DNA of 64,000 nt. It comes from Dehalococcoidia bacterium. Its GTDB lineage: Bacteria; Chloroflexota; Dehalococcoidia; Lucifugimonadales; UBA1123. Position 1 is the stretch's first letter, and each line of letters opens with the position of its first letter. Below the pieces are notes generated by a model. It searched no databases. It was not told the DNA's origin and was given only the letters and a program-made list of their open reading frames with translations. The stretch is taken from positions 1,580,753 through 1,644,752 of the forward strand of contig OZ220693.1 in NCBI GenBank assembly GCA_965116415.1. Direction: 5' to 3'. Made by a program: the position numbers and the translations under genes. Below, one piece after another: positions 8,606 through 18,041 of this stretch.

Positions 8606-10933
8606 TCAGTTTCTCGGCGGTCCGCCGCCTCGACCGCCGAATCCTCCGACGGCTCGGAACGTCGCTCCGATCCCTCCGAACTGGCTGGTGCTGCTGCCGA
8701 CCACCTCCATGCTGACGAACTCGCCCTCGGCGAGGCCGTCCTCGACCACGACCCAGAAGTCGTCGCTTATGCCGAGCGCAACCTGCCTGTCTACGATGCT
8801 GTCGCCGTTTACCACTCTCACGATCGGGGACTGCACAGAGCCGTAGAGCGCCTGGAGCGGTATCAGCAGCGAGTCGGTCTGTTCGCGTATGACCACCTGG
8901 GCCGTGGCGCTCAGGCCCTCGGGAAGCTGGTTGCCAGGGGCGGACTCCACCAGGATTGTCACCGGGTAGGTCACTACGCCCTGCTGAGAGGCGCCGACGC
9001 TGGCGATGGACGATACGGTGCCGGGCAGTGTCTGCGTTCCGAGTGCCTCCAGGCTGACTGCGGCACGCGCTCCCACCTGCAGGAACAGGACGTCGATCTC
9101 GTCGACCGAGCCGCTGACCTCGACGACGGTCGGGTCGGCTATCTCGATAGCCTGCGTGTTGGCGTTGACCTGCTCGCCGGACTCGATGTCTACAGCAACG
9201 ACAATGCCGTTGAACGGCGCGCGAAGCGTGGCGCTTTCGAGATCGGCGATGGCGGTCTCAAGAGTCGCCTGAGCCGCCACGACCTCGGCTCCTCTGAGTT
9301 CGATATCCAGTTGGTCTACGGTGTTGTACTCAGCCAGCGTTGCCTCGGCGTCTGCCAGTGACTCCATCGCAAGGTTCACCGCAGCCTGCTTCACGAGCAG
9401 GTCGACCGGGTCGGGGTCTTCTAACAGGGATGCGAGGGCTTCCTCGGCATCTGCGAGTCTCGCCTCGGCGAGCTCGATCTCGCGGTCGGCGAGGCCAATG
9501 TCCAGCTCTGCGGGCTGCGTGAGGTCAGCCAGTGCGGTCTGGGCATCGAGCAGGTCCGCTTCGGCGGTCACAATAGCTGCCTGTGCCGACTCGATCTCCA
9601 GCGGGTCCATCTCCTCTTCGATCTCGGCGAGGTAGTCGTCGAGGTCCTGTTGGCGAAGCTCGAGGGTGTCTTCGGCGTTGCTGAGGGCGACGGTTGCGTC
9701 CCAGATCTTCTCTGCCTCCTCAGCCTGCACAGTCTCGAGGTTGTCGGTCAGCTCCGTTACGGCCTCGTAGGCATTGTCGAACTCAGCGGTTACGCAGTAG
9801 CGATTGGGGCCGGCATCTTCGGACTCACAATCGACGACTATCTCTCCGAGGTAGAGCACCACCCAGGACATGACGATAAGCTCGTCCCAAGGAGTTTCTG
9901 GATCGTCGCGCAGTTCGCCCCTGAAGAACTGCTGCTGTATTTCCTCAGTGCGAGGCCCCTCGAAGACGTCCTGCAAGTCGATGCCGTTCGCGGCAAAGAT
10001 CGTTCCGGGTGATTCTCCGGCCATCGGAGTTACGTTCATGCCGAGCCACTTCTCGAAGAGGTCGTTGTAGTCGGCCTGGGCAGTGTCGAGGTCTTCTGCG
10101 ACCGGTTGAGTCCTGTCCTCGGCGTTGCGCTCAGCAGCCTCGAGGTCGAGCCTTTCGGTGACCACGGTCTCCTCGGCTGACTCGATGTCCGCCTGAAGTT
10201 CAGCGATGTGGTCGTCGATCTCCTCGCTGTCGGGGTTGAGAAGAGTGTCGAGGGCGTCTTTCGCGTCCTGCAATGCCACGCGAGCCGCCGTGATGTCGGC
10301 CTGAGCCCTCACGACATCTTCGTTTGTCGGAACGGCGAGGGTGGCCTTGTTCTCAATTGCAGTCTCGAGATCGGCCTGTGCATTCAGGATGTCCAACCTG
10401 GCCTGCGCCAGTTGGTCGGCGGCAGCGATTCCGAGATCGGCAAGCTCCTCCTGGGCATTCTGCAGCGCCAGGCGTGCGTCCGCCACGTCAGACGCGGCCT
10501 GGGCGATCTGTACAGCCGTGTACGGATTCCTGGCGTCTTCTAGGGCGTCGTCAGCGGCGCGCACGTCGACTCGGGCCTGGGCGATGGCCTTCTCAAGGTT
10601 CGCAATGGTCTCGGCGTCCAGGACTGCGAGCGGGTCACCGGCAGAAACGGTGTCGCCTTCGGATACGATGACTTCCGAAACGGTCCCCTGCTGGCCGAAC
10701 GTGAGTGTCTCGCGAGTGGTGTACGTGAGCGTTCCGGTCACGCTGACATCGTTGACGAGATCGCCGCGTGTGACCGGGACGAGCTGTGTCTGCCCCTCTT
10801 CTTCCTCGGCGCTGGAATCCGCCCAGATGCCGTAGCCATAGTAGCCGCCTGCGGCTACCGCGACCAGAATGACCACGCCGACCCATAACTTCCACGACGT
10901 GAGGCTTTCCAAGACTTTCGAGAGTGCGGTCAT
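8606..10933 (-). CDS. HlyD/MFP-family periplasmic adaptor with greatly extended coiled coil
   Basis: N-terminal TM, barrel-sandwich motifs (GDTVSAGDPLAVLD) and a long Ala/Glu/Asp/Leu-rich heptad region. It is 775 aa, against the 350-450 aa usual for this family. Confidence 0.8.
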   Translation of the reverse strand: MTALSKVLESLTSWKLWVGVVILVAVAAGGYYGYGIWADSSAEEEEGQTQLVPVTRGDLVNDVSVTGTLTYTTRETLTFGQQGTVSEVIVSEGDTVSAGDPLAVLDAETIANLEKAIAQARVDVRAADDALEDARNPYTAVQIAQAASDVADARLALQNAQEELADLGIAAADQLAQARLDILNAQADLETAIENKATLAVPTNEDVVRAQADITAARVALQDAKDALDTLLNPDSEEIDDHIAELQADIESAEETVVTERLDLEAAERNAEDRTQPVAEDLDTAQADYNDLFEKWLGMNVTPMAGESPGTIFAANGIDLQDVFEGPRTEEIQQQFFRGELRDDPETPWDELIVMSWVVLYLGEIVVDCESEDAGPNRYCVTAEFDNAYEAVTELTDNLETVQAEEAEKIWDATVALSNAEDTLELRQQDLDDYLAEIEEEMDPLEIESAQAAIVTAEADLLDAQTALADLTQPAELDIGLADREIELAEARLADAEEALASLLEDPDPVDLLVKQAAVNLAMESLADAEATLAEYNTVDQLDIELRGAEVVAAQATLETAIADLESATLRAPFNGIVVAVDIESGEQVNANTQAIEIADPTVVEVSGSVDEIDVLFLQVGARAAVSLEALGTQTLPGTVSSIASVGASQQGVVTYPVTILVESAPGNQLPEGLSATAQVVIREQTDSLLIPLQALYGSVQSPIVRVVNGDSIVDRQVALGISDDFWVVVEDGLAEGEFVSMEVVGSSTSQFGGIGATFRAVGGFGGRGGGPPRN

Positions 10934-11038
10934 TCCGATTCCTTGTGTCCAGTTAGCTCTTGATGCACAAATAAGGTAACGGTCTGTCTATGGAAAGGTT
11001 AGGTGTGGTTTATCCATGACTGCTGGGGGGGCGGCATA

Positions 11039-11076
11039 TTCACCCTCACCCCAACCCTCTCCCTGAGGGAGAGGGA
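11039..11076 (+). repeat. REP-like element, family A
   Basis: TTCACCCTCACCCCAACCCTCTCCCTGAGGGAGAGGG. Confidence 0.85.
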
Positions 11077-11105
11077 GTTGGTTGAATGTCTTTTGCAGAG
11101 GTCCG

Positions 11106-12047
11106 CTAGGTCAGGAATACGGGCTGGGTCCAGGCCTGGTGGCCGTTGGAGGAGGTGACGTGGGCGCGGACGTAGCCCTCGTCACCGGTGGGGTGATAGG
11201 TGACTTCGGCGCCGACCTGCTCATCGTAGACAGTGCCGTCTCTGCCGATGAATTTCGTCAGGTAGAGGGAGTAGGGTCTTTGCCGGATCTTCAGGGAGAC
11301 TTCGGCGGGTGACGACTTCAGCTCGGCAAGGAATACGCCTGTGGACGAGTAGAACCTGCCGGCTGCCATCGCCTCGACGAGTGCGTCGGTCTCGAGAGCT
11401 TCGGATTCGACCATCACCCAGCCGCGTCCGGGATTGTCCTTGTCGGGAGCGAAGTCGTGGTAGTGGTGGGAGTCGTCCGACGCGACTCCGAAGATCGGCA
11501 TTCCCGCGCTCAGGACGTTGTCCCAGATTTCAGTTGGGCTGAGAAAGCCGGGCACTGGAATGGGAAAGTTGTTGCAGTCGTTGGCGGCGTTGAAGACCTC
11601 CATGAGGCTGGCGCCGCGCGTCTTCAGGATCGGCTCGTGGTCAAACGCCCACTTCCAGCTTGGATGGTTGATGCAGGAGATGCCGCCCGCATCGCGGACT
11701 GCGTCTATGTTCGCCTGGAGAGTCTCGGCCACGTCGTCGCCGTAGATGGGTTCGACGAGGCGGTCGATTCCGATTGCGCCGACGTGCACAGGGATGACGT
11801 CGCTGTGGTCTGTCGGAATCGTGACCTCTTCGCCCGGAATCATCAGAGGCACATCAGCACCGCTGTGCCCGTCGCCGTAGTCTAGGAGGATGAGGTGGTT
11901 GTGTTCCGAGAGTACGAGAAAGTCGTAGCCGTGGTCCTTATACCATGCGGCCACGAACTCCGGCTCGGCGTCGCCGTCGGACTCAGTCGTGTGAGTGTGA
12001 AGGTTGCCCCTGAACCAGGTCTGCTCTGCCACTTGAAGCGCCTCCAT
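11106..12047 (-). CDS. PHP-domain metal-dependent phosphoesterase (CehA/McbA-like)
   Basis: Motifs NLHTHTTESDGD and LSEHNH, with a C-terminal beta-rich domain. Confidence 0.75.
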   Translation of the reverse strand: MEALQVAEQTWFRGNLHTHTTESDGDAEPEFVAAWYKDHGYDFLVLSEHNHLILLDYGDGHSGADVPLMIPGEEVTIPTDHSDVIPVHVGAIGIDRLVEPIYGDDVAETLQANIDAVRDAGGISCINHPSWKWAFDHEPILKTRGASLMEVFNAANDCNNFPIPVPGFLSPTEIWDNVLSAGMPIFGVASDDSHHYHDFAPDKDNPGRGWVMVESEALETDALVEAMAAGRFYSSTGVFLAELKSSPAEVSLKIRQRPYSLYLTKFIGRDGTVYDEQVGAEVTYHPTGDEGYVRAHVTSSNGHQAWTQPVFLT

Positions 12048-12133
12048 GCTGAGAAGTTATCTCCCAGCATGGTAAGGACGCGGATGGCGATGTGTCTAAC
12101 CGCGTTTAAGCGCTCTTAACTCCTGGCTGGCGT

Positions 12134-12643
12134 TCAGGAATCCCCAGCGGCAGAGGCCTGGCGCTGTCTGCTCTCCCGGTGTTTGATGAACGCCATGGCC
12201 TGGCGGACGCCCATGCGGCCGATTGGGCCTGAGGCGTACATGGAGCCGAAGACGACTCCGCGGCTTACGAGGAACTCCATGGGCTGGAGGTAGCGTCCGT
12301 GGGTCTTGTCCTCGGTCCACCACGGGGCGAGGGCGGCCACGGTCTCTTCAGTGACACCGTAGGCAATCGGGAAGGTGAGCCCCTCTTCCTCAGCCATTTT
12401 CGCGGCTGTATCGCGGTCCTCGACGGTCGCGCCGATTACGGTCAATCCCATCTCGTCGAGTTCTTCGAGGCTTCTCTGGTAGGTGGCCAACTGCCGCCTG
12501 CAGTACGGTCACCACTCGCCCCTGTAGAACAGCAGCGCGAGGTAGCGGCTGGGGACCTCACTGGGCAGCGTCATGGTCGAGCCGTCTATGAGGTCGAGTT
12601 TGATCTTGGGGAAGCGGTCTCCCTGTACCAGCTTTTCGGTCAT
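12134..12643 (-). CDS. Peroxiredoxin/redoxin-fold selenoprotein (UxxC), in-frame UGA at 12509-12511
   Basis: ATG at 12643 follows AGGAGG. Translation: MTEKLVQGDRFPKIKLDLIDGSTMTLPSEVPSRYLALLFYRGEW-UGA-PYCRRQLATYQRS, running in frame into ORF 12134..12490. The UGA occupies the first Cys of the WCPxC redox motif. Confidence 0.8.
12490..12504 (-). other. Candidate SECIS-like hairpin ACUGC-AGGCG-GCAGU just downstream of the UGA
   Basis: 5-bp stem and a GG-containing loop, starting 5 nt after the UGA. It is short, so only suggestive. Confidence 0.35.
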
Positions 12644-12731
12644 GGTGGTCCTCCTTTGTGATCTTTCGGGAAGTTTAACCTATTCTGGGTACAGGGGTGA
12701 GGGCCCGATACAGGGACTGCACGGGGGCGGT

Positions 12732-12759
12732 GTAGGGGCGGTTCGCGAACCGCCCCTAC
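12732..12759. repeat. Perfect 28-nt palindrome GTAGGGGCGGTTCGCGAACCGCCCCTAC (REP family D)
   Basis: Read directly, between the SBP gene stop and the Prx-like gene start. A related imperfect copy lies at 43128-43154. Confidence 0.8.
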
Positions 12760-12777
12760 AGGCCTGACGTGTGTCCA

Positions 12778-13839
12778 TCATCTCAGGGGTGGGGCGTAGA
12801 TCTGGCCGCCTTTGGGGCAGTCGGTGCAGGGGGCTCCTGACCAGAGGGCGTTTCTGCCGCCCTCTCTTGGGAGGCCGATTCCGGCAGAGCCGAGGTGGCG
12901 TTCGTAGATCTCGCCGTAGTTGCCGACCTGGGATATGACGGTCTGGGCTACGGTGGTCTCCAGTCCCAGGTCGGACTGCCCCCAAGCTCCCTCGGCGCCG
13001 AGCAGGCGCTTTACCTTCACGTTGTTGCCAGAGGCGAGCTCGGCGACGTTGCCGGAGTTGACGCCCAGCGCCTCGCCCTGGATCAGGATGGCCATTACGG
13101 TCTTCACGATGTCGAACCACTGGCTGTCGCCGTGCGGGACGAGAGGAGTGAGCGGCTCCTCAGAGATGATCTCAGGCAGAATCACGTGCTCACTGGGATC
13201 GGGCAGACTGGTCCTGAGAGCCGCCAGCGTGGAGCGGTCGGTCGTGAGGACGTCACAGGTCGCGTTGGTGTAGGCATCGAGTCCGAGGTCGAAGTTCTCG
13301 AAGATGACCGGAGAGTACTCCATCTGGTTCTGTCGGAAGTAGTCCTCCATGTTCAGCTCGCTGGTGGTACCTGACACCGTGCACACCGAGGCTCCACCAA
13401 GTTCGCTTGCGCTCGACACTCCCAGGCGTGTTGGCACCAGGAAGCCCTGGCCGTCGTAGAACATCGTCGGGACGAAGTCGCCCCAAGCGGCGTCCCGCGA
13501 GCTGGTCCACGTGGTCACAAACACGAGCAGGTCGACCTCGCCGGCCTGCATGACGGGGCCGCGCTCCGCTGCGTCGATGGTGCGAAGCTCGACGGCGTTG
13601 GCATCGCCCAGCACGGCAGCCGCCACGGCGCGGCAGAGGTCGATGTCGAATCCGAGGTGGTTGCCGTTCTCATCCAGGAAGCCGAATCCAGGAGTGTCGT
13701 CCAGGGTCGCGCAGACCACCTTGCCGCGGTCTTCTACCAGCGCGAGTCTCGACTCTCCGGTACCATCGTCAGCCTGTGTGCAGGCTACGGCGAATATCGC
13801 CGTGAGCAGGGCAACGGATATAATGGTTAGTGAACGCAT
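12778..13839 (-). CDS. Amino-acid ABC transporter substrate-binding lipoprotein (AapJ/BztA-like), orphan
   Basis: Start at MRSLTIISVALLTAIFAVAC (lipobox). Carries the motif GFDIDLCRAVAAAVLGD. No permease or ATPase gene is adjacent. Confidence 0.8.
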   Translation of the reverse strand: MRSLTIISVALLTAIFAVACTQADDGTGESRLALVEDRGKVVCATLDDTPGFGFLDENGNHLGFDIDLCRAVAAAVLGDANAVELRTIDAAERGPVMQAGEVDLLVFVTTWTSSRDAAWGDFVPTMFYDGQGFLVPTRLGVSSASELGGASVCTVSGTTSELNMEDYFRQNQMEYSPVIFENFDLGLDAYTNATCDVLTTDRSTLAALRTSLPDPSEHVILPEIISEEPLTPLVPHGDSQWFDIVKTVMAILIQGEALGVNSGNVAELASGNNVKVKRLLGAEGAWGQSDLGLETTVAQTVISQVGNYGEIYERHLGSAGIGLPREGGRNALWSGAPCTDCPKGGQIYAPPLR

Positions 13840-13996
13840 TGAACAACCCCTCCCATCCAAAATGCCAGTGTCTACTACCTGTATGCTGTGCAATACCCAA
13901 GCAGTAGCACAAGTACCATTGTAATCCCTTGCTCGGTAGACATTGTCCGTTAGTCGCACAACTTTTGCGATGTCACAGAAGAATTATGGAGTAGCT

Positions 13997-14629
13997 ATGA
14001 ACTTCGACTTCGAAAGTCACCTTGGCGCCTCTGAGCGTTCCGTATCGCTGATTGAGCGCGACGGAAAGCCCGCCAGCGCCGTCACTATCTCACGAAGACT
14101 CACTACGACCGTCGAGGACCTGTGGGACGCCGTTACCAGCGGTGATCGTATCCCGCGCTGGGCCATGCCGATTAGTGGCGACCTCGAACTCGGCGGTCGC
14201 TACCAGCTGGAGGCCAACGCGGGAGGCGAAATCACGGAGTGCGTGCGGCTGTCGCACTACTCGGTAACGTGGGAGTTCGCCGGTGACCTTAGCTGGGTGG
14301 ATATACGCGTCGTGGACGAAGGAGCGGGATGCTTGCGGCTATCGGTAACGCATACGGCACACCTGTCGCCACACTGGGACGAGTACGGCCCGGGCGCGGT
14401 CGGTGTCGGATGGGAGTCGGCTCTGGCCGGTCTGGCCCTCCATCTTGAGTTCCCGAATGAACCAAAGCCCGACGAGATGGAGTTCGTCACCTCTCCGGAA
14501 GGCAAGGCGTTCATCACAGGCAGCAGCGAGGCGTGGGGCGAGGCGGCTGTCGCAGCCGGGACAGACCCAGACGCTGCGAGCGCGGCAGTGCGCAGCACGA
14601 CCGCGTTCTACACGGGGGAGTCTGCCTAG
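13997..14629 (+). CDS. SRPBCC-superfamily protein (AHSA1-like)
   Basis: Motifs LWDAVTSGDRIPRWAMP, WEFAGD and VGWESALAGLALHL. Start at MNFDFESH. Confidence 0.7.
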   Translation: MNFDFESHLGASERSVSLIERDGKPASAVTISRRLTTTVEDLWDAVTSGDRIPRWAMPISGDLELGGRYQLEANAGGEITECVRLSHYSVTWEFAGDLSWVDIRVVDEGAGCLRLSVTHTAHLSPHWDEYGPGAVGVGWESALAGLALHLEFPNEPKPDEMEFVTSPEGKAFITGSSEAWGEAAVAAGTDPDAASAAVRSTTAFYTGESA

Positions 14630-14688
14630 CTTCCTAGCGCGAGTGCATCGGAATGTTCTAATGCGTCGTCCCCCCAGGGGCCAAATTC

Positions 14689-14931
14689 GTGAAGACTGAT
14701 CCGAAACCAAGCGTAATTCTCATCGGAGGGACATCGCACGTCGGCAAGAGCATCTTCGACTACCTGGTGGAGCTGACCACCGAGGCAGATGTCCGCGCCC
14801 TCGCACCGGACTTCAGCACGCTTGGGCGGGTGGACACGCGAGGCATCATGGTAACCAACCGGGCAGATAGCTCCGACGTTCTTCCACTACCCATGCTAGA
14901 ATGGTCGTCATCCAGCGAAATGTCTGTGTAG
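14689..14931 (+). pseudogene. Chimeric remnant: P-loop N-terminal scrap fused to an internal PhzF fragment
   Basis: ILIGGTSHVGKS fits Walker A GxxxxGKS. From GKSIFDYLVELT onward, nt 14743-14873 repeat nt 19015-19143 of the intact PhzF gene. The junction is at the shared GKS codons. Confidence 0.6.
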
Positions 14932-14963
14932 ACGCGAAAGTTCACAATTAACCTTATGAATGA

Positions 14964-16490
14964 GTGAAAGGCATGGCCAAGGACTCTGAAACGCGACGGC
15001 TGAGATACAAACAGGTGGGCATGCTCATGCGTGCCTACCGCCATGCTTACACCCGAGAGGGCACAAACAGGAGGCTCTCACAGAGCGGTCTGCTGGACCT
15101 CATGGGCCAGGTGGATCCAGAGTACCTGGACAGACACGACCACTCGACGGTCGCCAGGTGGGAGTCCGGCGCCAGGCGTCCCACCAGGGAGAGGCTGGTG
15201 GTGTTCGGACAGGCACTGGACCTGGCCCCCGCCGAGATCGACGGTCTGTTGCGCCTGGCCGGCCTGGATACGGACTTTGCGACGCCGGAGACCGCCTATG
15301 AGCATTATGAGCAGGCCGACGCTGACGAAGAGCCAGTGTTGGCAAATGTGGCTGAACGCTCGGCACTAGAGGAGGACGAAGCGGCTCCCGATGCCTTTCG
15401 CGGCCGCCATGCGTTGCGTTATGCCTTGTCCCGGTTTGTGTTGCCCAGTTTGTGCATCTCTCTTGCCGGATACTTTATAGCGACACTTGGCTGGAACTCA
15501 TCAGTCACACTGGCCCTGTATGCGGTAGTCGCGCTGTCCGCACTGCTTGCACTGGGATTCTGGCGATTGCGACGGTCGGACGACCTGGCGGACCTGCTCT
15601 TCGTTACGGTGTTCTTCCTGCTGAGCATACACGTGTTGAATGCGCCGCTGACCCGGATGGACATATACGGACTGTACAACCTCGGCGGCCTTGCGGGCAC
15701 CTCGATACCCTTCACACTGAGCCTGATCATGAACCTGCTCGTGGCCACTGTAGCAGGGCTGATGTTCGTTCTTCTCCGAAGATGGCAGTACTCCGATCCC
15801 TCAGCAAGGAGGAGCGTATACAGCCGGGCCGCCTGGATTGTGCTTCCACCGATCGCCTTCGTTTACGCCTTTATCCTGGCGTTTGCCAATGTCGGCATAT
15901 GGATACTAGGTCTGGTGCTGCTGGTCCCGCTGGCGGGTGCGTTCATCACTCTGGTGGTACTTCGCGACAGGGAAGTCAGCATAGGTGAGTGGGACCGGAA
16001 GTTCCTGCTCTGCACCACGGTGGCGGTCGTGATAGTCCTGTCAGTCATTGGCCTTGCCACGATTCTGTTGGCATGGATGCAGCCGATCCAGTACCCAGAG
16101 GGCCAAGGCCTATTCTACCCGCAGGACCTGGATTTCGACACCCTCGGGTACTCCGCCAGTGAGCACGGAAAGCGCTCCATGATGGCCGTTATCTGGATCT
16201 TATTGGCCACATTCGCGTACATGGTCATCGTTATTGCGGGCAAGCTGATCGTCACGATCTACCGGTTGGATGGTGGAGACTCATCCCTGGCTGCATCGGC
16301 CGCGGCTGTGGCGACGGGAAATGGCACCATCCTACAGCGGACCAGAAGGCGCTCTCGTCTCGACTTGCACCATTGGGCCGGCCTCCTGTCAGTCCCTGGA
16401 ATACTCAGGCTACGCGGCGGTCGCATTCGTTCTCCGTCCGGTTGGGTTCGGCGTAGTAGGTTCCGACGGCGCAGGACTGTTGGGGCCTGA
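14964..16490 (+). CDS. Membrane protein with N-terminal XRE-like HTH domain and polytopic C-terminal region
   Basis: HSTVARWESGARRPTRERLVVFGQALDL is followed by about 8 hydrophobic segments. The Arg-rich tail may be run-on. Confidence 0.6.
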   Translation: MKGMAKDSETRRLRYKQVGMLMRAYRHAYTREGTNRRLSQSGLLDLMGQVDPEYLDRHDHSTVARWESGARRPTRERLVVFGQALDLAPAEIDGLLRLAGLDTDFATPETAYEHYEQADADEEPVLANVAERSALEEDEAAPDAFRGRHALRYALSRFVLPSLCISLAGYFIATLGWNSSVTLALYAVVALSALLALGFWRLRRSDDLADLLFVTVFFLLSIHVLNAPLTRMDIYGLYNLGGLAGTSIPFTLSLIMNLLVATVAGLMFVLLRRWQYSDPSARRSVYSRAAWIVLPPIAFVYAFILAFANVGIWILGLVLLVPLAGAFITLVVLRDREVSIGEWDRKFLLCTTVAVVIVLSVIGLATILLAWMQPIQYPEGQGLFYPQDLDFDTLGYSASEHGKRSMMAVIWILLATFAYMVIVIAGKLIVTIYRLDGGDSSLAASAAAVATGNGTILQRTRRRSRLDLHHWAGLLSVPGILRLRGGRIRSPSGWVRRSRFRRRRTVGA

Positions 16491-16622
16491 TGCCGAACCA
16501 CGCGACTCTGTGGACGCGCTCACCGTGGCAGACAGATACCTGTTTGTTGCGAATCGACGAGCGGCCCCACCATGGACATCGCGTATCCCCGACCGAGGAC
16601 CGCACTTCAGGTTAACGCTCTC

Positions 16623-17771
16623 ATGAAACGCTCACTGCGCAGAGTGGGACTCTGGATACTCCGCTGTTCGGTGGTGACTCTAGCGCTGCTGATACTGTTC
16701 ATCTTGGTCACCCCGCAGGGGCGCACCGGGTTTAATACCGTGCTGTTCGTCATGCAGGTGCTGGATCTACCGATCAAACCCCAGTCCTGGGTCACCGGAG
16801 AGCCTCTCCGTCACCAGGTGGAACACGGCTTGGGTGGCGCCCACGTTGCTGAGGTGTACCGCCCGTCGGGAGATGGAACCCGGGCCGCGGTGCTCCTGTC
16901 CGTGGGCGCCACCACTGAGGGACTGGATAATCCGGCCGTCGTCATGCTCGGCGACGCCATGGCCCGGGCGGGCTACGTGACGATGCTGCACTGGTCCCCA
17001 GCGATGGGACTCGAGTCGAATATGGATCCGTCGGAGGTGGCAGCACTTGTCGAGGCGTTCGTGTACCTGGAGGGACTCGAATACGTTGACCCGGAGCGAG
17101 TTGGCATCGGCGGTTTCTGCGTCGGGGCCTCCCTGGCGCTGGTCGCAGCAGCCGATCCCAAGATCCGCGACCGCGTGGACTTCGTCAACGCCTTTGGCCC
17201 GTTCTACGATGCCGGGGCACTGCTACAGCAGGCCGTATCCCGAACGGTTGTATACGATGGAGAGACCACTCCGTGGCAGCCTGACACACGCACACTGCAA
17301 TTCCTGGCAACCGAGCTGATCGAGAACCTGGACGATCCATCGGATGTGCAGATGTTGACGCGCCACTACCTGGACGACCAGCCTTCCAGTACGATTGAGC
17401 CAGACAGGCTTTCCTCGCAGGGGAAGATCGTGGCACGTCTGCTGGATGGAGTACAGCCGCATGAGGCCGAGGCGCTCTACGAGATGCTGCCCCCTTCCCT
17501 TCACGAAGATCTCGCCATGATCTCACCGTCCACTCACGTCCAGGGCCTCAGAGCTCGACTGCTGGTCATGCACGACCGATACGATGAGTACATACCAGCC
17601 GCAGAGTCCCGCCGTCTTTTGGAGGCGACCGAGGACCGGCTAGACGTCTACTACACGGAGTTCATTGCGTTCGATCACCTGCTGCCCGACGATGACGGTA
17701 TCCTCTCACAGCTGAGAGAAGCATACGTTACGTACCGCCACATGTATTCCATCCTTCGCATAGCAGTCTGA
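16623..17771 (+). CDS. Alpha/beta hydrolase, dienelactone-hydrolase-like, with N-terminal TM anchor
   Basis: Start at MKRSLRRVGLWIL. The nucleophile elbow GIGGFCVGAS (GxCxG) is as in dienelactone hydrolases. Confidence 0.65.
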   Translation: MKRSLRRVGLWILRCSVVTLALLILFILVTPQGRTGFNTVLFVMQVLDLPIKPQSWVTGEPLRHQVEHGLGGAHVAEVYRPSGDGTRAAVLLSVGATTEGLDNPAVVMLGDAMARAGYVTMLHWSPAMGLESNMDPSEVAALVEAFVYLEGLEYVDPERVGIGGFCVGASLALVAAADPKIRDRVDFVNAFGPFYDAGALLQQAVSRTVVYDGETTPWQPDTRTLQFLATELIENLDDPSDVQMLTRHYLDDQPSSTIEPDRLSSQGKIVARLLDGVQPHEAEALYEMLPPSLHEDLAMISPSTHVQGLRARLLVMHDRYDEYIPAAESRRLLEATEDRLDVYYTEFIAFDHLLPDDDGILSQLREAYVTYRHMYSILRIAV

Positions 17772-17819
17772 CAAGAGTCTCTGCTCGTCCTTGAGGGTCA
17801 AAAGTCAAAGGCTATCATT

Positions 17820-18018
17820 CTTGAGTTCCCGAATGAACCAAAGCCCGACGAGATGGAGTTCGTCACCTCTCTGGAAGGCAAGGCGTTCATCTCAGGCAGC
17901 AGCGAGGCGTGGGGCGAGGCGGCTGTCGCAGCCGGGACAGACCCCGATGCTGCGAGCGCGGCAGTGCGCAGTACGACCGCGTTCTACACAGGGGAGTCTG
18001 CCGGGCCTTCCTGACGCG
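17820..18018 (+). pseudogene. Duplicated 3' fragment of the SRPBCC gene (copy of 14444-14640)
   Basis: About 195 bp, near-identical by eye with a handful of substitutions. There is no upstream coding part. Confidence 0.85.
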
Positions 18019-18041
18019 AAGGCGAAGTGAGAACCGGCAAG

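Noticed and set aside
12732-12759. 28-nt palindrome as an intrinsic terminator of the SBP gene
   Set aside because: No U-run follows on the minus strand. A related palindrome recurs elsewhere, so it is classed as a REP-type repeat, although it may still stabilise or terminate transcripts.
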